DNA of 64,000 nucleotides from Blastocystis sp. Blastoise (taxonomy: Eukaryota; Protista; Bigyra: Opalinata). Where the stretch lies: the NCBI GenBank assembly GCA_039096225.1, contig JBBPEB010000002.1:682001-746000 (forward strand), given 5' to 3'. Made by a program: the position numbers and the translations under genes. Below the pieces are notes generated by a model. The model had not been told where the DNA came from. It made no database searches and saw only the letters and a list, made by a program, of their open reading frames with translations. This document shows, one piece after another, positions 45,001 to 64,000 of this stretch. Within the stretch, counting starts at the first letter, position 1. Each line of letters starts with the position of its first letter.

Positions 45001-46577
45001 TTTGAATTATCATAAAAATGATTTAATGAATTCTTACTATCATTCCATAAATCTATATTCATTATATTAATAGATTCATTAATATTTGATATATTTAGAT
45101 TTTCTAATATTGTACCTAATATAGGTTCTTCTGTATTCATTTCATATATTTCTACTAATTTACCTATAAATATATTTATAGAAGATTGAATAGAAATAGA
45201 ATTATTATTATTCATCGATATTTGAGAAGTAAATGTATTAATAGATTGAATACATTCATTAAGAAGTTTAGATACTTTCTTATAATATTGAATTTCTGAA
45301 TTTATTAATTCTTCATTCAATTCATTCTCATCATTTATATTATAATTAAATCTATTATTATTATTATTTGAATGATAATTATTATTTCTATTTCTATTAT
45401 ATCTATTATTATTATGAGTATTATTATTAGAATGAGTATTAGAATTATTATTAGAATTATTATTAGAATTATTAATATTAGATTCTCTTTCTGATTGAGT
45501 ATCATTATTAGAAGAATTAGAATTAGAAGAATTAATTTGATTAGAATTATTATTAGTATTATTAGTATTTTCAGATTCAGTTTCAATTTCCATTTCATTA
45601 TTCATTCTTCTTTCATTTCTATTCGTATTAATGTTTCTAGTATTTCTATTATTCATATTAGTATTTCTTCTTCTATTATTATTATTATGATTTCTATTAT
45701 TATTATTATTATTATTATATCTTCTAGTATTTCTATGATTATTATTATATCTTCTTTGATTTCTATGATTATTATTATTATTATATCTAGTGTTTCTATT
45801 ATTATTATATCTACTAATATATCTTCTATTATTATTATTATTATTAAATCTATTATTATCATGAAAATGATGATTTCTATTTCTAGTTTCATTATGATAA
45901 TTACGATCTTCATTAGCTGAACTACCTACATCTCTATTATTATTATTATATCTATCATTATGATTTATTCTTCCTCTATCACATTGTGATATCCATCTAT
46001 ATATTTCATTAAATACATATTCACAACTCTTATTAAATGATTCTATTAATTCAGGAGTCATAGTAGGATTATGATTTGAATCTTCTATAGGATAACATCG
46101 AATATGATCATATAATCTCTCTTCTACAAATCTATTAAATCGATTTATTGTTTTATTATTAGACCAACGCTTTAAAGCTAATCTAGATAATCTTCTTTTC
46201 ACATTTGAAGTATAATGAAGATTATTTGATCTATTAATAATATTATTAATATTATTTTCTGAATAAGTTGATATTAAATCTATTTCTGTATTATTATTAT
46301 TAGGATTATTATTATTATCATTAGTATTTCTAGTATTATTATTATTATTTCTTTCTTCTTCATTTTCTATTTCCATTTCATTATCATTATTCATATTATC
46401 ATTATTATTATTTAATTCTAATTCTCTTGTTCTTCTACCTTGAACTGTTCTAGGATTATGATTTATTCTAGTTTGTAAAGTAGGAATATTAGAAGGTCTT
46501 GTATTATTTCTATTATTATTATTTCTTCTATTATTATTATAATTATTATTATTAGAATTAGAATTATTTAAATTCAT
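41964..46577 (-). CDS. reverse transcriptase + CCHC knuckle + restriction-like endonuclease (copy A)
   Basis: PGANGI, WRPLCL, QKGF, LDLEKAYDTVPH, GIRQGDPLSPLLF, YADD, YLG, GGLG, CPYC..H...C, RHNQI, RPDIV..IADV...KK. Confidence 0.95.
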
Positions 46578-46597
46578 ATCTATATCAATATCAGAAT

Positions 46598-50132
<3,535 letters not shown>

Positions 50133-50164
50133 AGAATCTAAAAAAATAAACAAAAATAAAATTA

Positions 50165-50188
50165 CGCCTTGACCCGGGATCGAACCAG
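50165..50188 (-). other. tRNA 3'-end fragment at array junction 2
   Basis: CTGGTTCGATCCCGGGTCAAGGCG. Confidence 0.75.
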
Positions 50189-52068
50189 TTAATTTAAACA
50201 AGAGAAAAGAAAGATAAGGAACAGAGAAACACAAATAAAAATAAAATAATAATAAAATTGAGAAAGTCAACTTTATTTTAAGATCAAGAACTAAACAAAA
50301 ACTCCATGTCATCATGGAGAAAAAGACATCCAAAGAGGGACGTCAAAAACAAGAATTATATAAAAAGTTTTAGTTTTTTAATTTTTTGCCTATAGGACAG
50401 GATAGGTAGGAGTTTTTGATCTATATAGTTCCTAACTATATATATGATAAAATATCTATATATATATATATCTTTAGATAATATAAAATTTATAATAATA
50501 AAATTAAAGAAATCTTATATTATTAATAAAACAAAGGTCATAATATTATATTTATATATATGTATATATATATAAATATAAGGCATAGTAATATATTATA
50601 TAAAAAAATATTATAAAAATATTTTTATTTTATTATTAAAATTAATTAATATTATATTAAAATATGTCCTATTTTAAATGAAATAAAATTATAAAATAAA
50701 TATATAAAAGAAAAATAAAATATGGTTTATATATATATATATAGAGGAGAGAAATCTATATATATATATATATATGTATATATAAAAACATTATTGAATT
50801 GTATTAAAAAGTGATAATAGAGAGAAAGAGAGATCAAAATAGAATAAAAAAGATGGATTTAATAATGAGATGAAATAATTCATCATATGAGAAAAAATAA
50901 GTGTTGGATGAAAAATATTTAAGAGAGAATCAGTTAATAGAATATAGAGTATATGAGTAAAAATGAGAATCATGATTTTGATAAAAGTATAAAAATGAAG
51001 ATGAAAAATAAGAAATATGAGAATATTTATTTAATAAGAAATGTAATAATGGAAGTAATGAACAATATTATTGCCAAGGAACACAATCATGTGCGCTTTG
51101 AATACTGAGAAAAAACGATAATAATGAGAAGTATATTGAAATTTTTAGTATAAAATGATGTATAAGTAGTAAAGTAGAGAGACTTACGAAAATTGGAATA
51201 TATATTAATATGAAGAGGAAGGAGTAGTATATAATGAAATTTTAAAATTTTGGAAAACTCAGTATTTTTAAGTTAATTTCGGCTTGACTTAGTAATAGGA
51301 GAGATAATATGAAAACATTAAATTAGTTCTCTTGACTCTATTAGAATTCTAAATTCGAAGAAAACAACTTATTTGTAGTTGATAGATATCCTAGTTGGAT
51401 TTTATTGTGTTTTGGAACACAAATAAGGAAATTAATTTTTTGGGTAACTTAGTCAAAATTTTGAAAAAGTGAAAAATATCATAAAAAATGAAATTTTCAG
51501 AATCAAAATTTGAATGATAAATAAACCAAATATAGCTCAATACAAGATGTTTGAGGTATAATAGAGCCTATAAGACCATCTAGAAGGTAATGAAAAATCG
51601 ATTTTAGAGAGGACGTCTATGTGAAAATGTATATATAAAAGTATATATATATTCCAAAACATAAATTGATTTCCTGATTCCATTAGAGTTCGAAATTTAA
51701 AAATTTCAATTGATTATATATATATAAATATAATATCAACTATTAATTGTGTTTTGGGACACAATCATAAAATTTTGAATAAAATTAATAATTAATACTA
51801 TATGTAAGGTATATATATAAAATCTAGTAAAATTGAAGACTTCATTTAACATAAAGATAATTACATATAAATCGTAGATATTTTAATAGAATTGATAATA
51901 GAAGAATATAATGAAGAAATAAGAAGAAAATGATTGATTTTGAGTATATATAGAAGTATGAAGTATTAAAATAATATAGAATGAATAGTAGAAAGAAGTT
52001 GAAAATAAAAGAAAGTAAATGAATAAAATATCAATAAAAGATAAATTAATATGATATATTAATTTAAA

Positions 52069-52079
52069 TTATTGAGATA

Positions 52080-52138
<59 letters not shown>

Positions 52139-55100
52139 GAATCTCTTAAATGAGTAGAAATAGTATGACTATCAGGAAGAGATTTTAACCAGAATTTATA
52201 TGACCAATCTAAGATAATATTATTTAATATAGAAGCATAATAAGATACATTCTTCTTAGAAATATCTAATATCTTTCTAAGATTATTTAAAGTATCTTTA
52301 GGAATAACTCCAGAAGAACCAAAGATTAAAGAATAATTACTCACTCTATAACCATTATTATTCAATATTTCTATTACATTATCATAATCATGATCTTTCT
52401 TCTGTTTCATTGTTTGAAGAGGATCTATTTGATTAGAAGATCCTTCATATGCTATACCTACATCTGCTATTATTATATCTTTGTTATTTGGATTTGTAGG
52501 AATAATTACTATATCAGGACGAAGATTATTCATATTTCTATTAAATATATCATTACCAAAGGAAGTTGATAATGATTTATCTATACTTATTCTATATTCT
52601 CCTAATTTATATTTTCTTATTAATTTCTTATATAAGTTATTTAATATTTGATTATGTCTATTTGTAATTAAACCACCTATTCCATTATTATCTGTAATTC
52701 TATCACATGTAGTAAGAATATGATTCAAATTATGAATAGCTCTTTTATTATGTTCTAAACAATAAGGACAAAGAGCTTCAGTATCATTAATCTTAGGAGA
52801 TCTCTTCTTATTATATAAGAAAGATTGAGAACCAGTAAATGCTGTTCTCATTCTTATATTGATTAAAGCAGAATATTTCATAGGATGACATCTCTTACCA
52901 TTAAATAACCATCTATTACTTTCTATATTATTATCTAAATATTTATAATAATAAGTATTCTCATAATTATTTAATAATTGTTTTGAATGTTTCTTCTTCA
53001 ATAAATTATTAATTTCTTTACATATCATTCTTCTTACTTTCTCATAAGGAATAGTAGTATTTAATTCAGGAATATCTTTATCTATTAATTTTATTTTAAT
53101 ACCTAAAGATATATCATTAGGATCTATATAAGCTATATTAACACCAAGTTTATAAGCAGCATCTACAGCTTTACGAAGATAAGGAAAGAAATTTGTTAAT
53201 GATTCATAAGGAGTATCATGTATTATTATATTACCATTTTCTATTCTTCCTTTTACTATTTTATGATTATCATTAATTAACCATTGAAAGAATAATAAAT
53301 CATTCTTATGATTTTCAGGAATATTATTAATATTATTATTATTATTATTATTATCTAAGTAATCAATAGGATTAGGTATCATGAATAAATCATTAGTTAA
53401 TGAAGATTTATTAATAGTATATTGAAGAATATTTCTAATTTGAGGATCATCAGAAACAGCCATTCTCGCAATTAAAGATATCTTTCCTATATAATATCTA
53501 TCAATTAATTGCATAATACCTAAACCACCATTATTAATAGGAGTACTAAAGAAGTGAGAAGGTAGATTAGTACCAGTTCCTAACCAATTCATTATATATT
53601 GTTTTATAGTAGTATCAATAAGAGTAATATCATTTTTATTCATATCACCATTTCTAAATAAGAATTCTAAACAAGGTAAGATATATTGTTTTACTACATT
53701 AATTTTTTGACAAGGAGTTAATAAACTATTATTTAAACAAGATAATCGTTCACTTACTTTCTTTATATTATCTACCCAAAATTCTCTTCTTTTTGTATAT
53801 ATATAAGAAATAGGACAACCAAGATATCTTACAGTCTCTTCTTCATTCATTATAGGAATTGATTCATTCTTATAAATAGGAGGAGTAATAGTATATTCTA
53901 ATTTTCTATTTCTATCATCACTCATCTTCATTCCCATACATTTACATTTTGAAACACTCAATTTCATAGAATAATAATCTAATACTTCACCTACTCTTTC
54001 TAATAAAATATTATTATCATTAGTACAATTTGATAATAATACTATATCATCAGCATAAGCATATGCATTTGATTCTAATATTATAGTATCATTATCTTTT
54101 ATTTGTACTTTCATATTATTATTATTATTAATATATTTAAGAAGAGGATCTATAATAATATTAAATAATAGAGGAGAAAGAGGATCACCTTGACGAATAC
54201 CTCTATGAAGATGAATAGAAGAAGTATATTGATGATTATCATATCTAATTTTAGTAGAAGCATTATCATACCAACTCTTTATTATATTAATAATATTATT
54301 AGGAAAATTCATCATATGAAGAATATTTAATAATATCTTATGAGGAACAGTATCATAAGCTTTTTCTAAATCTAAGAAATTAATTAATAAATTAGAATTT
54401 CTTATTCTTTTTAATTTAAAATCAGCTATGATATTACTAAGAATATAATTAAGATCTTCACAACCAGCTACACTAGGAGTAAATCCTTTTTGATAAGAAG
54501 ATATAATATGATAAGAATTATTAATGTTATTAATATAATCTACTATAAGAGAAGAAAATATTTTTGATTCTACATTTTGAAGACATAATGGTCTCCAATT
54601 ATTTAAAGAAGATTTATCATCTTTTCCCTTATCTAATAACCAAGTAATAGATTCATTCCAACTATTTAACGTAATTTCATTATATCTACATACTTCTAAG
54701 ATATAAGTTAATAATAATCTAGCAGAAGTACTTCTTTTATAGATTTCATAAGGAATTCCATTAGCACCAGGAGTACTATTATTAGGAAGTTTCCTTAGAA
54801 TTCTAGTAACATCTTTAAATTTAATAATATTGAAAGAGGAAGAATTTTCAGGTATAGTAGAAATATTAGAAGATAACCATAAAGGAGGAGGAGTAGAAGT
54901 AGAATTAGTATTAGATTCATGAGAAGAATATAAATCAGAATATAATTGAGTAAGAGTATCAGGAGGAATAGTACAATGTTCTCCAGTATTATTATTCCAT
55001 ATTTGAGAACGAAGAGTAGATTTAGAATTAATTTCAAAATCTTTTCTTATTTTAGATGCTTCTCTATGATTCTTTATATTCTCCTTATTCTTTAATAAAT

Positions 55101-55434
55101 CTTCAATCATTCTTTTTGAATTATCATAAAAATGATTTAATGAATTTTTACTATCATTCCATAAATCTATATTCATTATATTAATAGATTCATTAATATT
55201 TGATATATTTAGATTTTCTAATATTGTACCTAATATAGGTTCTTCTGTATTCATTTCATATATTTCTACTAATTTACCTATAAATATATTTATAGAAGAT
55301 TGAATAGAAATAGAATTATTATTATTCATCGATATTTGAGAAGTAAATGTATTAATAGATTGAATACATTCATTAAGAAGTTTAGATACTTTCTTATAAT
55401 ATTGAATTTCTGAATTTATTAATTCTTCATTCAA
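52069..55434 (-). CDS. reverse transcriptase + CCHC + RLE (copy B)
   Basis: Same motifs as copy A with only a few amino-acid differences. Confidence 0.95.
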
Positions 55435-55929
55435 TTCATTCTCATCATTTATATTATAATTAAATCTATTATTATTATTATTTGAATGCTTGTAGTATTA
55501 TTATTTCTATTTCTATTATATCTATTATTATTATGAGTATTATTATTAGAATGAGTATTAGAATTATTATTAGAATTTTTTTTTTTGTTTTTTTTTTTTA
55601 TTAAATGAGTATTAAAGATATTAGATTATTATTAGAATTATTAATATTAGATTCTCTTTCTGATTGAGTATCATTATTAGAAGTATTAGAATTAGAAGAA
55701 TTAATTTGATTAGAATTATTATTAGTATTATTAGTATTCTCAGATTCAGTTTCAATTTCCATTTCATTATTCATTCTTCTTTCATTTCTATTTGTATTTA
55801 AATTTCTAGTATTTCTATTTTCATATTATTATTATTATTATTATTATTATGATTTCTATTATTATTATTATTATTATTATATCTTCTGTATTATTATTAT
55901 TATATCTTCTTGTATTTCTATTATTATTA

Positions 55930-60790
<4,861 letters not shown>

Positions 60791-60822
60791 AGACTATATA
60801 AAAATAAACAAAAATAAAATTA

Positions 60823-60845
60823 CGCCTTGACCCGGGATCGAACCA
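60823..60845 (-). other. tRNA 3'-end fragment at array junction 3
   Basis: TGGTTCGATCCCGGGTCAAGGCG. Confidence 0.75.
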
Positions 60846-62746
60846 ATTAATTTAAACAAGAGAAAAGAAAGATAAGGAACAGAGAAACACAAATAAAAAT
60901 AAAATAATAATAAAATTGAGAAAGTCAACTTTATTTTAAGATCAAAAACTAAACAAAAACTCCATGTCAGCATGGAGAAAAAGACATCCAAAGAGGGACG
61001 TCAAAAACAAGAATTATATAAAAAAAGTTTTAGTTTTTTAATTTTTTGCCTATAGGACAGGATAGGTAGGAGTTTTTGATCTATATAGTTCCTAACTATA
61101 TATATGATAAAATATCTATATATATATATATCTTTAGATAATATAAAATTTATAATAATAAAATTAAAGAAATCTTATATTATTAATAAAACAAAGGTCA
61201 TAATATTATATTTATATATATGTATATATATATAAATATAAGGCATAGTAATATATTATATAAAAAAATATTATAAAAAAATATTTTTATTTTATTATTA
61301 AAATTAATTAATATTATATTAAAATATGTCCTATTTTAAATTAAATAAAATTATAAAATAAATATATAAAAGAAAAATAAAATATGGTTTATATATATAT
61401 ATATAGAGGAGAGAAATCTTATATATATATATATATATGTATATATAAAAACATTATTGAATTATATAAATTTGTGATAATAGAGAGAAAGAGAGATCAA
61501 AATAGAATAAAAAAGATGGATTTAATAATGAGATGAAATAATTCATCATATGAGAAAAAATAAGTGTTGGATGAAAAATATTTAAGAGAGAATCAGTTAA
61601 TAGAATATAGAGTATATGAGTAAAAATGAGAATCATGATTTTGATAAAAGTATACAAATGAAGATGAAAAATAAGAAATATGAGAATATTTATTTAATAA
61701 GAAATGTAATAATGGAAGTAATGAACAATATTATTGCCAAGGAACACAATCATGTGCGCTTTGAATACTGAGAAAAAACGATAATAATGAGAAGTATATT
61801 GAAAATTTTAGTATAAAATGATGTATAAGTAGTAAAGTAGAGAGACTTACGAAAATTGGAATATATATTAATATGAAGGGTAAGGAGTAGTATCTAATGA
61901 AATTTTAAAATTTTGGAAAACTCGATATTTTTAAGTTAATTTCGGCTTGACTTAGTAATAGGAGAGATAATATGAAAACATTAAATTAGTTCTCTTGACT
62001 CTATTAGAATTCTAAATTTGAAGAAAACAACTTATTTGTAGTTGATAGATATCCTAGTTGGATTTTATTGTGTTTTGGAACACAAATAAGGAAATTAATT
62101 TTTTGGGTAACTTAGTCAAAATTTTGAAAAAGTGAAAAATATCATAAAAAATGAAATTTTCAGAATCAAAATTTGAATGATAAATAAACCAAATATAGCT
62201 CAATACAAGATGTTTGAGGTATAATAGAGCCTATAAGACCATCTAGAAGGTAATGAAAAATCGATTTTAGAGAGGACGTCTATGTGAAAATGTATATATA
62301 AAAGTATATATATATTCCAAAACATAAATTGATTTCCTGATTCCATTAGAGTTCGAAATTTAAAAATTTCAATTGATTATATATATATAAATATAATATC
62401 AACTATTAATTGTGTTTTGGGACACAATCATAAAATTTTGAATAAAATTAATAATTAATACTATATGTAAGGTATATATATAAAATCTAGTAAAATTGAA
62501 GACTTCATTTAACATAAAGATAATTACATATAAATCGTAGATATTTTAATAGAATTGATAATAGAAGAATATAATGAAGAAATAAGAAGAAAATGATTGA
62601 TTTTGAGTATATATAGAAGTATGAATTATTAAAATAATATAGAATGAATAGTAGAAAAAGAGAAGTTGAAAATAAAAGAAAGTAAATGAATAAAATATCA
62701 ATAAAAGATAAATTAATATGATATATTAATTTAAATTATTGAGATA

Positions 62747-62805
<59 letters not shown>

Positions 62806-64000
62806 GAATCTCTTAAATGAGTAGAAATAGTATGACTATCAGGAAGAGATTTTAACCAGAATTTATATGACCAATCTAAGATAATATTATTTAATATAGA
62901 AGCATAATAAGATACATTCTTCTTAGAAATATCTAATATCTTTCTAAGATTAGTTAAAGTATCTTTAGGAATAACTCCAGAAGAACCAAAGATTAAAGAA
63001 TAATTACTCACTCTATAACCATTATTATTCAATATTTCTATTACATTATCATAATCATGATCTTTCTTCTGTTTCATTGTTTGAAGAGGATCTATTTGAT
63101 TAGAAGATCCTTCATATGCTATACCTACATCTGCTATTATTATATCTTTGTTATTTGGATTTGTAGGAATAATTACTATATCAGGACGAAGATTATTCAT
63201 ATTTCTATTAAATATATCATTACCAAAGGAAGTTGATAATGATTTATCTATACTTATTCTATATTCTCCTAATTTATATTTTCTTATTAATTTCTTATAT
63301 AAGTTATTTAATATTTGATTATGTCTATTTGTAATTAAAACACCTATTCCATTATTATCTGTAATTCTATCACATGTAGTAAGAATATGATTCAAATTAT
63401 GAATAGCTCTCTTATTATGTTCTAAACAATAAGGACAAAGAGCTTCAGTATCATTAATCTTAGGAGATCTCTTCTTATTATATAAGAAAGATTGAGAACC
63501 AGTAAATGCTGTTCTCATTCTTATATTGATTAAAGCAGAATATTTCATAGGATGACATCTCTTACCATTAAATAACCATCTATTACTTTCTATATTATTA
63601 TCTAAATATTTATAATAATAAGTATTCTCATAATTATTTAATAATTGTTTTGAATGTTTCTTCTTCAACAAATTATTAATTTCTTTACATATCATTCTTC
63701 TTACTTTCTCATAAGGAATAGTAGTATTTAATTCAGGAATATCTTTATCTATTAATTTTATTTTAATACCTAAAGATATATCATTAGGATCTATATAAGC
63801 TATATTAACACCAAGTTTATAAGCAGCATCTACAGCTTTACGAAGATAAGGAAAGAAATTTGTTAATGATTCATAAGGAGTATCATGTATTATTATATTA
63901 CCATTTTCTATTCTTCCTTTTACTATTTTATGATTATCATTAATTAACCATTGAAAGAATAATAAATCATTCTTATGATTTTCAGGAATATTTTATTATT
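60846..64000 (-). mobile_element. RLE-type non-LTR retrotransposon, copy C (3' part; runs off the window)
   Basis: 3' UTR plus C-terminal CCHC/RLE coding region (62736 to the window end), near-identical to copies A and B. Confidence 0.9.

Overview
Extremely AT-rich eukaryotic (protist-like) DNA with short GT..AG introns full of (TA)n/(TAA)n. Almost the whole window is nested mobile elements. Left half: a dead pogo-type transposon, an intact tRNA-Asn(GTT), hAT MITEs and two inverted 2.7-kb non-autonomous Helitrons. Between the Helitrons lies a ~19-kb hAT element (TIRs plus 8-bp TSD AATTTTTA, 6927-25904) carrying an intron-containing transposase, an intron-rich internal fragment of the host gene UTP20 and possible decayed Polinton-like remnants. 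Middle: a spliced Crypton-like tyrosine recombinase gene next to a 128-bp palindrome, and a 6.3-kb CACTA element (TSD ATA) with no visible transposase that carries an intron-containing alanyl-tRNA synthetase pseudogene. Right half: a head-to-tail array of ~10-kb RLE-type (R2/NeSL-like) non-LTR retrotransposons. Every unit junction carries the same ~23-nt tRNA-Phe-like 3' end (TGGTTCGATCCCGGGTCAAGGC), followed by a 28-30 nt GT..AG segment and the ORF start. This suggests a tRNA-targeting, array-forming retrotransposon with exchangeable 5' modules. All calls are from manual reading; no searches were run.
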